Positions 40,910 through 53,700 of a stretch of 64,000 bases of DNA are shown piece after piece (position 1 is the stretch's first letter; each line of letters starts with the position of its first letter). A model generated the notes under the pieces. The model had not been told where the DNA came from, made no database searches, and saw nothing but the letters and a program-made list of their open reading frames with translations. Origin of the DNA: Trypanosoma brucei (taxonomy: Eukaryota); the NCBI GenBank assembly GCA_000002445.1, contig CP000071.1, positions 192,001 to 256,000 on the forward strand, read 5' to 3'. Position numbers and translations under genes: made by a program.

Positions 40910-41700
40910 GCGCTGAGAGGTGATTGCCGACTGCACAAAAGGGATGAGTGAATAGTCAGAACTAAAATAAACCAAGAGACACCTTTGATGCTGGCAATGA
41001 GAAAACCTTCTACAATTTTTTTTTCTTTTCCTTACAATCTAACCTTCCCCTCACACTTTTATTTCAGTTTACTCTTTCAGAGTTATCTGCGCCTCTGCTC
41101 TATTCTCCACCTGACCGACTTGATATAGAAAGATACTGGTGGTGCACAACCTCAAAGGGTAAGGTGGAGCAAAGCTGAATCCAATTTATATTGGCATACC
41201 CACATGCAACAGTTTCAAACAAATCATCCGAGCAGTACAAACTTATGCTCTAGTGGGAAACTTCCCCAGCATATCGACAATTTAAAAAGATTGCAATGAA
41301 ATACAGGTTCATTAGGAAATGTGAAAGGAACTTCCAGGAGAGAAAGAAAAAAGGGTGCAGAAAGTATGTTAAGTCTTCATCCCTTATCTTCTGTGCAAGA
41401 TACAAAAATACCATTGGATGCCTACTCCCCAATCTTAAACTACAAGGTTATTTCTTCTTCAATAGACAAAAGCAAATAAGTTAATATATACCTACCCCGC
41501 ACGTCGAGAATTTCACAAACCTCAACACATATACACAAATATACACATATACATACATACATATATATACACGACACGTGTGTACAAACATATCTGTACA
41601 CTAATGAACGCGATATAGCAGAGAGGACCTTGGTCAACGTAAGCCCTACTAACTCCTTTTATACACAGACAGACGTAAACATATATTTATTTATTTAAAT

Positions 41701-43362
41701 CTATTCACTCGTCGACCGCCAACCAAAATGCCTTAACCCCGTTTCTCTAAATTCTTCCCGTACGAGAGGTGCCATGCGAATATCCTTGTCTGTTTGGTAC
41801 ACAATCCTGTTTGCTATCTTTGCCCCTGCATTGATTACCTCTTGTTGTACCGCGGCAGCTTGCGATAGGCATGTGCGACCGGTTTCCTCTGCACGCTTAG
41901 CGGCCTCCAAACTCCATGTAAAAAGGTATGCTCCACTGCAGGCAGTGATACAAACCTCTCCGTTTCCCTCATAGCGATCAAATCCGCCAGAAGTGAACTT
42001 TAGTGCTTCGATTCCACCCAGTGCACTAAGTTGTGCGGGAGTTGGCTGCAGCCTCAGCGGGGAAGGTTTATCTTGACCCATACGTGAAGTAAAGCCGTTC
42101 TTTTCTCCATTATTCCCGCACGCCGTTCGCATGAGTAACAGGAACTTCTCACATACCGCCACAACATACTGACCATTAGCGGTCACATCTATATCGACAA
42201 TAGGCACTTTCGTCTCGAGTAGAGTTTTTGCCGTCTTGGGATTGTGGCTACCATCTTTGCGGCGACTCCCCGGAGGTCCCGTGTAAAGTCGGACACTTCC
42301 AGTGCCGTCACCAATAACGAGATAACCGTTAGCCGAGGTAGCGTGGCATGTGAAGGGTTTCCGTAGAGACCCCAGTTTATAATCAGCCAGTGACATTCCG
42401 TCTTCAACAATGATGTTCTTCCTTGGATCAATACGAAGATCAACGTTGAAGGCGACATCCTTCGCAAGACAAGTATATATCGGCTCGGGCCGCGCAACAT
42501 GTTCGCTATACGTCACACGTTGCAAGTTCACCGGAGTTCTGAACTGCTGAACCACCTCCCCCCGCTCCAAATCCACCTCGCGCAAATGGCTGTCCTCCAC
42601 GCTAAAAAGGAGGAGCTTCCTTTCTAAATCGTCAATCAGTGCACCGTCGCAGGTTTGGACACTCTTAAGGTCGATGGTCTCCGGCTTCCTCCCCTCAAAG
42701 CCATTGGCGTCATAAGAATGGGCTTGAAGCTGAACTTCATTTTGGGTCTCTCGAACAACCACAATCCGATTGTGTTTCATGGACTCACTGTAGCACACGT
42801 TACCAGATCCTGTTGCCTTCACGCGCTCTCTATCCAGATCAAGATGATAAGTCGGTTCACTGTAATCATCCTCTGGAGCAACATACGTTGAGGTTTGGCC
42901 GATATATTCATATATTGGGTCCTGGGCTGTAGATACATCGAGGGGTGTTTGCGTCAGCATCGAGTACGTGCAACGATTATACATTTCCACGAATTTTCTA
43001 GTTACAATTTCCCCGGACCCACCGCTTTCAAGATCAACAAACTTGAATGCAAGGTTTTGAAAGGTGCCGTCCACTAAAGATAGCCAGTGCACCGAGCACT
43101 CGCGATAGCAGTGTGCGAGCGACAAACCACTTCCGAGGGACTGCTTCAACACCTCGCCCTCCTCTTCGTCCACAAGTACAAAACTGTATGGCAATTGTTC
43201 ACTTCTATTTTCATAGAGAATTAAAGAGAACGATCCCATTCGTTTTCCTTCAATAATGGGCACGAAGCAGTCATCGCTTTTAACGTACAACAGACCGCTG
43301 CCAGAGAAGAGCTCTCTCCTCGTGGAGCGATTATTTGAAGAAAATAACTTGTGGAATGACAT
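41701..43362 (-). CDS. Cytoplasmic beta-propeller-type protein (553 aa), tentatively VID27-like
   Basis: Clean 553-aa ORF. The C-terminal half (…YLVIGDGTGSVRLYTGPPGS…AKTLLETKVPIVDIDVTANGQYVVAVCEKFLLLMRT…) resembles the Vid27/CYPRO4 family architecture as I recall it. This could not be verified without a profile search. Confidence 0.5.
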   Translation of the reverse strand: MSFHKLFSSNNRSTRRELFSGSGLLYVKSDDCFVPIIEGKRMGSFSLILYENRSEQLPYSFVLVDEEEGEVLKQSLGSGLSLAHCYRECSVHWLSLVDGTFQNLAFKFVDLESGGSGEIVTRKFVEMYNRCTYSMLTQTPLDVSTAQDPIYEYIGQTSTYVAPEDDYSEPTYHLDLDRERVKATGSGNVCYSESMKHNRIVVVRETQNEVQLQAHSYDANGFEGRKPETIDLKSVQTCDGALIDDLERKLLLFSVEDSHLREVDLERGEVVQQFRTPVNLQRVTYSEHVARPEPIYTCLAKDVAFNVDLRIDPRKNIIVEDGMSLADYKLGSLRKPFTCHATSANGYLVIGDGTGSVRLYTGPPGSRRKDGSHNPKTAKTLLETKVPIVDIDVTANGQYVVAVCEKFLLLMRTACGNNGEKNGFTSRMGQDKPSPLRLQPTPAQLSALGGIEALKFTSGGFDRYEGNGEVCITACSGAYLFTWSLEAAKRAEETGRTCLSQAAAVQQEVINAGAKIANRIVYQTDKDIRMAPLVREEFRETGLRHFGWRSTSE

Positions 43363-45153
43363 TCCGAGTATTTATCGGTCCTTAAGAGTTGAATCTCGTG
43401 CTCTACTACTGCGTCCCCCACCAAAAAAAAAAAAGAGCAAGATGTTGCTGTCTACTTTGACGATACACACGCACAAAGAAAAGAAAAAGGAAAATAAAGG
43501 CCCCTTATTTTAAGAGAAAAAAGAGCTATTTCTTTCGCTTTGTCTCTAACGTTGCTGCACTTTAGCTTCCTCCAAATATAATGAATAGCAAGGCGCTGTT
43601 GCACTGTCCGTTCCTTTGGCGTCAAAAAAAAAAGCAGAGAAACATGAAGGTAGTAAGAAAATGAATGGGACACTTTAAGTAAAAAGTTTCTGTTTGTTTC
43701 GTATATTATTGTAACAATAACGAAAAGTGCAGTGGAATTTGAGACGCGTGGGTCGAACGCAGCAGCCTGCATTTTGAAAAACAATGCCAGTAATTGAATA
43801 AACTCCACGATGCACTTTAATATAGAAAAAATGCGCCACAAAACAAAGGATTCCAACGCGAAAAAATACATAGATACGCAAGTGCACAAATATATAAGCG
43901 CGCACCACTGGAACTTACGTTCGGTCCCCTAACGCAAATCAGTTATTCGGAACCTTGCAAATGTTATAGAGAAACAGTGGAGGTACCACCTCGTTCTGGC
44001 TTGTTGAAAAGGAAATAAAATAAATGAAAAAGAATACAAAGTCAGAAAATTTTCTGATAATTGCACTAGTAGCAATATATCCCTCTGAAAATGCAGCTGT
44101 TGTGTGTAATCCGAGGGAGGGTAGTCACTTGAATGTAACAATACATGAGTGCAATGCGTCGAGCCGAGAAACAAACGAAATAAAGATGTAGAAACGGTTG
44201 GGACACGCAGAAACGTTTCGTCTTCGGGAGTGAAGAAAATTTTCCAGTTGCTCGCCCAGTTGCGAGAGCCACACCATCTGCCCGCGGTATGGAACAATTG
44301 AGTTACAGAATACGCTTTTCACAGGATTTCATTTTTAGTGTGTATGTAATGTCTGTAGCATCAATGGATCACGCCATTTTTTCTTCTCTGTTTTTATTTT
44401 TTATTTTTTGTCATTAGTCTTTGCGCTATCACCGAAGCTGCTGTTGTCATTTGAATGAATTCCCGTAGAGGAGCAAGTATATTAATGATGTTACCGTTGC
44501 ACTGGGTCTTGGGAACCGAATAACCCAATGCCTTCCTTCTCTTCTCACACCCTTTTGCTCCTCTTGTTGGTGCTTACCACTTGCGTTCCTTCATACAATA
44601 ACAGTATTCAGCGGAGTTTCATTTTTCTTCACAACAGTTAATGGTTCCTTGTTGATTTCTCCCTTACATAACATCATCTTTCTCGCTACCCAACTTATAC
44701 ACGAGAAACGTTTGCTCGCCACAACACTTTTTCAGGCATAATGAGACAGCGTGACATGAAAGAAAAAAAAAGATGGACCCTGTAGCCACAAAAGAGTAAC
44801 GAAGCTTTGTTGCAGTCACATGTCGCTGTGAGAGATGACCGAAACATAATGTTGAAACAACAAAAGGAAAAGCGAAGAAAAGTAGCAACGCGATTAACAT
44901 CACAAGCTAAAAGGAGGGGGGAAATGGCACAGGTGGAGAATATAACACGCTGTAAAGTTTCAGCATGTTGGTATAGCCAGGATGGAAAGTGGCAGAACGA
45001 TTATGCAACGGGGGAAACCCCATCTACAATATTTCACTCCCCATCCCCATGGTTTATTTCGAATACGGGCAACCCCATTCACAAAAACAGGACTTGTACC
45101 ACCCCTACGCACCCCTCCCCGGTATGTATTCTTTTCAGGTACTGAACTTCCCA

Positions 45154-48100
45154 TCAAGGCCTATTCCGGGCTGTTTGCACCGCCACCAGAAACTCTTCCA
45201 GCAACATCTTGTGGTTCATCTGACCAGTGCCCATCATTGGATTCTCATACCAACACGCAACTACGTTACTTTTTGGTGAAGATATCACGTAACATAATCC
45301 ACTCATGTGCAGCAGGCGGCATTTGCCTCCCATCATTGGATTATCCGGCAAGTAGCGATAAGTGGAGCTCGTCAGTGTGTCAAGTAATCGTGCCCGGAAA
45401 TGAGGTCCCTCTTCCTCATTTTGTGCAAGCACCGTATAACAGGGAATCATCTCATCTTGTTTTGCACTACACTCATACGTCGGCAACAGGACGCAACGAA
45501 GGTGGTACGGTGGGGCATTGGCGCTTACAGCACTGACCCAATTGAGGAGAACGGGTTGTGTACACACCATCCACGACACCCTTAGAAGATAGTGGCAGCG
45601 ACGATTGTATTCCCTGGGTAGTGACACATTGATAGAAATTTGACGGTTAGGGGGCGGTTCCTCCAGGCACCTTGTTCGACCCGTTCTACGATCCATCGCG
45701 CGGCAATGTCCAAGTGAGAGTTGCTCTTCGTCAACAAGAACAACACAATTAACCGTCGGTTCCTCATTTGAAGAATCGCCAACAGGGATACCAGTCGAGA
45801 GTTCTTCAACGTTCTCTGCCCAGGTAACCGGGGTGCGCACACGGAGGTTCGAATTGAGACTTTTTTCCATAAACCCCAAAAAATCTTGGTAGGAGACGCA
45901 CGCGTTGTCAAGCGATTCTGGAATAATTGCTAAGCACATCTCGTTCTCGGGAAAGGTCAGCGTTAATGAACGCGGAATGAAGGTATCGGATCTACCACGG
46001 TCATGTATGTATGAGTCAAGGGCATCCCACTGAAAGGCAGCCTCTTCACTAATTTGCATCTCCAGATTCACCCTCCGGGCACTAAAACTCGTGTTCAGGT
46101 AATTTAGCAACAAAAACTTGTGCTCGACCTTTTGCATCTTGGGCAAACTTGTGTATACACTTCGGTGCAATAGTCTCGTGATGTGAATGCTCTGACCCGT
46201 TTCATCAATTTTCAGCTCGTGAATCTGATAACCGATTGACGTGACGACACGTGCATGGGGAATCACGTCTTCACGTGGCCACTGAATCTCCGCCACTGAC
46301 GGCAGGGACAGCACGATTTGATGCCGATGTTGTAAACGCTGAAGAACATATTCCAAACTTTGCATTGTATCACGCATTGGAATAGAGTATTGGTGAATCG
46401 GTTTGTCGAAGAAGCTGTCTCGTGGGTAAGCAGGTTTCGCGCCGAAAAGAGGCAATATTCTACAGTAACACAACGCCGACCAGTGCGAACGCTGTGCGGC
46501 AGCTGCGCCTGCATCGTTTGAGTACGAACTAGACAACTCTGGATGAGCGAATTTCCAGCGTCTTCTCAAGATCGTTTCGGTGCTGGCACCGTGCGCAGCA
46601 ATTGACGCCTCGTCTGTGCGTACAGAGGTGCAGTATGGATTAATAGGTTTCATAGCGAACATCACGCCATTCTTCAACTGTACATGCGCAACCGGTGCCG
46701 TTACCGCCCCAGATCTCTGGTCATGTGCATTATGACCACGAGCCTCACAGGAACTAATGCTTCCAGCTGATGAAGGCAGAGGCATGGTATCGACATGAGG
46801 AAAGGAAGTCGTGGATGGCAAAAAGAAATCGTCCCTATACTTCAGCACCACCCTCTCGTCTGCTATGAATGCCACGTTATTTTTTCGGGTGGGGAGGAGA
46901 AGTGTTTGACCATCAGCAACAATAACGCTAAGGTCACGGTTAAAGATATTTGCCGCGCAAAACTTAGGATCAATGTTTTTACGTTCCTCACACGTGAAAT
47001 GATCCATCTTATCTGAGAACGAATCCATGAACCACGTCCAAGTGTTAGCATCATTGATGATGCACGGGTTCCAAGCACGCCCTGAATGAGTAACCAGGTT
47101 CAGATCGAGCCTGAGAACCATATTACCACTTTGAACATCAAAGTCAACAATATTTCTCCCGCACGGAACAATACTGGGGGCGTCGATGGATGTCCCCACC
47201 CGTCCTATACGGCTGACCTGGCAGCAGTTACCTATCCCTTTTAAAATAAACTCACACACCGTATCCCAATTCCCCTGTCCTTTTCCCTCCAAGCAAACAT
47301 TTACAAGGCGATACCACCTTGCACAAACAAACGGTTGGTGTGCTAATTGCTTTCTTGATCCGATTTGTGGGTAACCAAGTGACCCCCAAACATCCCCACC
47401 CGGTAAAGCTGGGCTGAGTTCCATCAGTGAGCGAAAAGCAGCTTCTCTCAACTCCCTACCTTCACTCAAGGCATCTGCAGATACATCTTTTGTTTGACAG
47501 GGATCTGCGGATGCCTCTCTTGAATTTCTCTGAGCTTGCGTCGTCCGTGGAACATCTTCACCTAAACCCGTTGGGGTGCCCGATAGTGGAGCGGAGGATT
47601 TTACCTTTTGAGAGTCCTCACTCTCAGAAGGGGCTTCCGATTTAGCAACCGAAGGGCCGGAGGTTCGTGGCTGAATAACAGGCAATAACAAAACTCCACG
47701 GGGTTGCATGGGGGGAATAGCCAATCCGGGTGATAGAGGCGCAACTTCCCCGGCACATCGATGCATATCAATTTGTTTCCAGTGTTTCTGAAACCACTCC
47801 TCTCGTGTAAATAGCTCAGAGGACGGAACATTGCCACCAGTGAAGTCCGATGGCAGTTGGTAAAAGTAGCATCGAGCCCATTCAGCGTCTATATAAAGAC
47901 GGTGGCAAGGCTGCTCAGCGCCAAAGTGAGAAAAGCTAGGATTTTCATCATCATTAACACACTCCAGTAATGGTGCAGAGTGGAGCGGTGGGCGACCCAT
48001 ACAAATAATGTTTACCTTCTCCATACCAACTTTCAGCAGCCGGATGCATATTGCTTGCACAAGATCATTGGTGACTTGAAATATGCCCTTCCCAGCGGAA

Positions 48101-49803
48101 ACCACGCTAATCATTAGCCCAGTGTTCTTGTCACTCCGAAGCTCTTTGGTTTCATCTAATAAAAGTCCGATGGTTTCAACAGTGCAGGAATTTTTCGATG
48201 GAACGAAAAGGTCCCTGGCGGTTAAATTTTCAATCGTTTTTGAAGAGGAAGAGGAAGTGCAACTACCAGCAACGGCGCTGTTGCAGTAAACAACAGAGGT
48301 TACCCCACCTGCGCGAAGCTCTTCCTTTACCTCACCCAATACACGTCGCAAAAACTCCTCACACTGAAGGTTGATATCCTCCGTTATCATTGGGGACCGG
48401 CTGTCATCAGGCACGTGCATTACATGAACGACGTCCACACAACCCCTAATAGCATACTTAGGGTGCAGTCTCCCGGCCATTACAATACGGAGATGTGGTG
48501 AGGCTTTATGCTTAGAAAGTTGTTGGGTTAAGTATTCGCCGAGAAAGTTTTTGACTGCCCAATCAAGCTGAATACACCCATCAGAGGTGAGATTCCACAT
48601 CTCAGCTGATATTTCGAGTATAATGTAATGGACCGCCGAGAGTGAAAGAAAGTTCACCACCGTGCCTTTCGTTACAAGTCCGCAACGCACAGAACGATAC
48701 CCCTTTGACTGCTCCTCCACCTTTCCCTCTTGACGATGATGTTGCGCCGCACCACTGTGCTCAAATCCATTCGATAATAAGCCTGTGCGAGGGGCTGGAG
48801 GCGCCTGCGGCACGCCACCACCACTATTGCCATGCGGTGCAGGATTATTTTCCCTTTTCCTCAGCATTTCGTTAACCTTCAAACAAAAACCTAAAAGGTT
48901 AATCTCCTCTCCTTCGTAAATAATGTTATCCCGCAAAGCCTCAGCAATAAGAAACATATCCGCACGCGAAATCTGTTGACGCTCAAAGGACAGTTCGACG
49001 TGCGAGAGACCGAAGCGCTCACACACCTCATCGTAAGAAGGTATAACACGCGCTACCGCCTTGCCATTGGCGATATTGTTGATGAACTTGCTCTTGTTAG
49101 CCAACGAGTAGAGGACGCTTATTGCCCCATTCGAATGAGGAGCGTCTTTTTCGCCAAAACAATATGCCCGACACACCCAACTTTCGTGACTGACGCATGG
49201 TGTAGCAGTGGCCGAGTCCCATCCCAGTGACTGAGCATCCGTGTGAGTTGTTCCTCTTCCGGTTGCTATTGCAATCGGATCCGATGAGGGGAAAACACCC
49301 AAGCGGGCAGCACCACCATCAAAACGTAACGGTAGTTGTGACCCTGTAGAAAAAAGAGTGCCAGCATTCGAGGTGCCACCGACGCCGCCCACGGAGGGAG
49401 CTATTGATTGGCCTTGTGAACATGATGACCCACAAAAGCTGTTACTTCTGTAGCCCTCCCCACAGCCGTCCCCGCTGTCGTGGGATGGGATGAATAGTTC
49501 GATTATGGCTTCAGTGAATGGTTCGCCGGGTGCGGGCATCGGAAGTCCATAGTTTTTGGGGTAGTACAAGAAAGGTACTGTAGAAGTGCTCTCCGCATGG
49601 CTTCGGAAGACAATCGTCGTAAGGATATTGCTCTGTCCATCAGTAGTTTGTTTTTCTACCTGTCGACGCCTCCTGCGTAACGGTACACCTTCCGTCTGAC
49701 AGTGAGTGGCCATTGGACCTCCAACCGTTGTTGTTAAGGTACTCAAGCCTTCTTTGCGTATTGATTCCACACGTGTAGTGTAGAAACCAAGACTAAAACA
49801 CAA
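45154..49803 (-). CDS. Large hypothetical protein (1549 aa)
   Basis: 4.65-kb uninterrupted minus ORF with complex, non-repetitive sequence. No motif was confidently recognised by eye. Confidence 0.65.
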   Translation of the reverse strand: MCFSLGFYTTRVESIRKEGLSTLTTTVGGPMATHCQTEGVPLRRRRRQVEKQTTDGQSNILTTIVFRSHAESTSTVPFLYYPKNYGLPMPAPGEPFTEAIIELFIPSHDSGDGCGEGYRSNSFCGSSCSQGQSIAPSVGGVGGTSNAGTLFSTGSQLPLRFDGGAARLGVFPSSDPIAIATGRGTTHTDAQSLGWDSATATPCVSHESWVCRAYCFGEKDAPHSNGAISVLYSLANKSKFINNIANGKAVARVIPSYDEVCERFGLSHVELSFERQQISRADMFLIAEALRDNIIYEGEEINLLGFCLKVNEMLRKRENNPAPHGNSGGGVPQAPPAPRTGLLSNGFEHSGAAQHHRQEGKVEEQSKGYRSVRCGLVTKGTVVNFLSLSAVHYIILEISAEMWNLTSDGCIQLDWAVKNFLGEYLTQQLSKHKASPHLRIVMAGRLHPKYAIRGCVDVVHVMHVPDDSRSPMITEDINLQCEEFLRRVLGEVKEELRAGGVTSVVYCNSAVAGSCTSSSSSKTIENLTARDLFVPSKNSCTVETIGLLLDETKELRSDKNTGLMISVVSAGKGIFQVTNDLVQAICIRLLKVGMEKVNIICMGRPPLHSAPLLECVNDDENPSFSHFGAEQPCHRLYIDAEWARCYFYQLPSDFTGGNVPSSELFTREEWFQKHWKQIDMHRCAGEVAPLSPGLAIPPMQPRGVLLLPVIQPRTSGPSVAKSEAPSESEDSQKVKSSAPLSGTPTGLGEDVPRTTQAQRNSREASADPCQTKDVSADALSEGRELREAAFRSLMELSPALPGGDVWGSLGYPQIGSRKQLAHQPFVCARWYRLVNVCLEGKGQGNWDTVCEFILKGIGNCCQVSRIGRVGTSIDAPSIVPCGRNIVDFDVQSGNMVLRLDLNLVTHSGRAWNPCIINDANTWTWFMDSFSDKMDHFTCEERKNIDPKFCAANIFNRDLSVIVADGQTLLLPTRKNNVAFIADERVVLKYRDDFFLPSTTSFPHVDTMPLPSSAGSISSCEARGHNAHDQRSGAVTAPVAHVQLKNGVMFAMKPINPYCTSVRTDEASIAAHGASTETILRRRWKFAHPELSSSYSNDAGAAAAQRSHWSALCYCRILPLFGAKPAYPRDSFFDKPIHQYSIPMRDTMQSLEYVLQRLQHRHQIVLSLPSVAEIQWPREDVIPHARVVTSIGYQIHELKIDETGQSIHITRLLHRSVYTSLPKMQKVEHKFLLLNYLNTSFSARRVNLEMQISEEAAFQWDALDSYIHDRGRSDTFIPRSLTLTFPENEMCLAIIPESLDNACVSYQDFLGFMEKSLNSNLRVRTPVTWAENVEELSTGIPVGDSSNEEPTVNCVVLVDEEQLSLGHCRAMDRRTGRTRCLEEPPPNRQISINVSLPREYNRRCHYLLRVSWMVCTQPVLLNWVSAVSANAPPYHLRCVLLPTYECSAKQDEMIPCYTVLAQNEEEGPHFRARLLDTLTSSTYRYLPDNPMMGGKCRLLHMSGLCYVISSPKSNVVACWYENPMMGTGQMNHKMLLEEFLVAVQTARNRP

Positions 49804-50761
49804 CGAACTTCTAACGACAGTGACGTCACCGCTGCGACACAGTCCTCACACCTTCCCCTTTCGCTTCAACTGTACTATCGAGAAACAAAGATACGCGACA
49901 AAGGGGGGCATGGTTGCCTGTGTGAAACAGCTTGAGAAGGTACAACACACTAATAAACATAGTTGAAGTACCAACGAACTTGAAGGAGAGAAGTGCAGAG
50001 GGGTAAAACGCCCACCCCGCAGAGGGTTCCCTACCACCCTCTACACGCCGGCAACACGAGCCACGCAAACACAATGAAACTAAATGATTTAAAATACATC
50101 ACAAATGAAGGTTATACCTTTCACCTACCCGTATGCGCCTCTTTTTTTTTTTTTTATTGCGTTGCACAGCACCATTGTCATCCGCATACGGCTTCCACTC
50201 TGTCCTTACAACGCACCGACTACCAAAAATTGGAGGGTAAAACTGTGAACGTAAAACAGAAGGTACATGGAATACTGGAATAACTAACTCCTACGGATAG
50301 AAGGGGAAAACACAAATAAATTACCTTCGTCTTTCAAACACTGCCAGAGCAGTCGGTGTTGATAAAAAGAGAAACACGGCAACACACATGTCGAAACCAA
50401 ACAAGATTATTTTTTTTGAAGAACCCCTCTCATTGCGTCCATCAAAAGAGGGATCAACACCGAACTCACTGCAACTCCTAAGCAAGCCACTTTAGAAACA
50501 AGCCCACACTCACTCATGCCTGTCGGCGACTTATCCTTTTCACCATGACGCGCACAACGGCGACTTCAAAACTAGCATCTGAACGCGGAGTACCGCAAGG
50601 CGATTGAAACGGATGAAATATCATGTAAAATAGATTCCTACATACCATACTTTAACTGGACTAGGTGTTCAAATATATGTATATAGTACATGCCTCAACA
50701 CTAAGAACAAGAGTCACCTAGAACGTACAAAACTAGGTATAGCAGATGCTGCTGAGCTTTC

Positions 50762-53700
50762 TCAACTCAATGTTATATTAATGCCGCGCAACATTCGTAC
50801 GACCCTTTGTTTAACTTTTTCATTGGGGTGACCGCTCAGTCGCCCTCGCATTTCATTCACTAGTGACTGTAAATAGCTGTCACCAGCCTGATCACGCAGC
50901 AATTCGCCATGATCACTGCAACTGCCGCTGCTGAGAACATCTTCCCCAGAAACCACCCCACGCTGAGACAAGACTAAAATACGTATTTTCAGTGCCATGG
51001 GAACCAGCAGAGGTGGCAATTCCCCACAGTCAAGCGTTCGCAGCAATTCCGTTCCTCTTCTTTCATACGTCCCTCTACTGCCTGTACCTTGAGGAACAGG
51101 AGCCTGTCTCCGACGCTTGCCTCCTAATCGCAGGCACGCACTGTCTACAGATCCCAACGCAGTGATGCATCGGTACTCCGCGTGCCGCTCCAGTTGCTCG
51201 ACATGGTGAATCGCTGCCTCCGCTTCCCCAAGTGCCATAAAATAGTATGCATAGCATAACTCAGTAACACAGCGGAACATCCAGTATCCCCGGCGTTCCT
51301 CCGTGGATGAACAAATGAGCTCTTTTCGCCGTAAGACTACGTCCAAGAGGGTAAGGAAACACCTGATGCGCTGCTTGTTACTAAGGAAGGCATCAAATGT
51401 AGGAGGAGCAGCCGGCACATTACCTGACGACTCCGCCTGAGCTACGCCGGATGCATAGTAGAACAAGAAAGATGTATCATCATCGACGTCTGGAGCCTGA
51501 GAAGGCGACCAGCCACCATCCACCACTGGAGCTCCTGACGCCACCCCAAAGGTACAGCGGTCCCACCGTGGGATCTGCACACGACCACCACCTGGCAGAG
51601 TCCACCTCCTAAAAGTCGTCTTTAGCCCATCCCTCAGCTTGTTAAATACCCGGTGCATATCTTGAAACCAACTCGAGACGGTCCCCATAACATCCGTTCC
51701 AGGAATCGCGGCCTCATTCCTGTCATCGCCTGTGCGTTGGCTCGTTGAATCACCGCGTTCCTCCCTTTGTCCTGGACCACCGCCGACAACTGGCAACTCC
51801 TCAACTAACGTCCCTTCATCTGCAGCTCTAATATGGCTAATGTGTCGCTCAGTGGCAGGAGTGAGGATAGAAGTGCCAATAACAAGAAATGGATCGTCCT
51901 CTCCATTCCCGCTAGCAGAACTAACACCGCTGTCACTTCCCACATGCCTATCAATACTGTCGCCAAGGTTGCTCGTATCCTCCGGTAGAGACATACGGGC
52001 AGACGAGAGAGCTGTGGCATCATCAGTGATCATGTCGTCAACATCAACATCACCATCATCTTCGGCCCCCTCAACGACCATGCCGCGTATCCCACTAAAA
52101 GCATCAGATTCGGCGGTAGTTGAACTCATCGCACCGTTCGCAAGGAATAAAGGCGGCACAGTACCTATCCCACCAACAACCCGACGGGAGCCAAACACCC
52201 AAGTGGCCACTAACTGCCTTGTCAAAAGAATCAAGTCGGTGAGGGACATATGTAGAGCTCTCTCTGCAGCAGCGAACTGCTCCAGTGACGCTTCAACATG
52301 CGACCGCGAGAAATTCACGTGCCATATGCGATCCTGTGACTGATATTGCCCTACTTCCTCGTTGGACTCGTCTTCGTAATGAGAGTCAAAATCGTCAACG
52401 CTGCCTCCACCATCGTCGTCACTGTCATCACTTACCGTCGTGTTCAGTTCCACCCGCACATCAGTTCGGTCCTCGGTATCTGGTGTGCGGGTTACCAAAT
52501 TGTCACCAAGGGAGAGAATTTCGGAGAGTCGATCGCCACGAGTGGAGGGGATTTCGCCAAGCAAAATTCGTCGTACAGTGTCTACCACCCCAACGACAGA
52601 TCTTGAGAAAGTGTCTTCCACCTCCTCACGGTGTTCTATTGACTGAGAAACCCTGCCGTTGAGGGGGCCCAGTACCTTAATAGTATCGTCAATCCCAGAC
52701 GTCAACAGCCGACCGGTGCGATGGCTGTACAACACAACGTTGACAATGCTAGCATCCCCAGGTGTTGTATGAATAAGTTTCCCATCACTGGTTCGCCAAA
52801 AGAACACATTGCCGCTGTCACAACCCGAACAGACAATGCTGTCATCCTCCATGAAGGTAACGTCCTTGAACATAGTTTGTACATTCCTTCGCCCCGACAT
52901 TTTCACAGCCCCATCCGCCGTGGCAACAGTCAGTTTATCAACCGCTCCCATATCCAAAACCGATGAAAAACCAGTACACGTTGCGTTCCGTGACGCACTC
53001 GTCGACACAGCTCTGGAGTACAGGGTTTCCAACCAAGGAACAACGTAGACATGCTCTTCACGGTAGTTAACAGCAAGAGAAGTACCGTTCGCACTAAAAG
53101 AAAGTCCGCTTACGCCATTTGACCGACGAACACAAGGTATGGTGATGGCAGCAAAGGCACCAAGCGAGCACATACGCACATCGTGTAAGTACACCGCCTC
53201 AGTATTGGTGCCTGAAGCCAAAAGAAACGGCCAACGATCGTGCACTGCCAATGTACGCACCTCCCCTACACTTGGCAGACATGGGTTTCCGTCGGTCGTT
53301 CTTTCGCTTTCCAAGCGACGGGTGCGGGTGTCAATTCGGGATATGAACCCATTGAGGTAACCAACGTACGCCGTGTCAGGCCACCACGGAGAAACAGCAA
53401 TGGAAGAAGCTACTTGGGAATGCCGGCATTTGTAGAACGACTCACCCACTTCTAAATCGGTTACCAACGTACGGCCATCACGTGCACACGACACAACATG
53501 GTGATCATTGCCTGGAACAAAAACGGCATGGAATATGTTGGAACTATGCCGGGTACGGTATCGCTGCTTTATTTGCCATTCAAATGTGTCGTACAAACAA
53601 AAAGCAAGATCGTCAGACCCCGATAGCAACAACTCACCACTCGCGTTCATCGAAAGAGAATTCACGCAACCATTATGCCCCTCTAACTCACGCCTGAGCC

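Noticed and set aside
43735-43775. tRNA-like T-arm string (gggtcgaacgc)
   Set aside because: There is no GTTCGAATC consensus, no acceptor-stem complementarity and no anticodon arm that I could construct. A partial motif alone is insufficient.
43452-44297. 145-aa and 122-aa minus ORFs in the spacer between the VID27-like gene and the 1549-aa gene
   Set aside because: They are low-complexity, there are no conserved motifs, and pyrimidine/AT tracts run through them. This is more likely UTR/spacer, though a small gene cannot be fully excluded without expression data.
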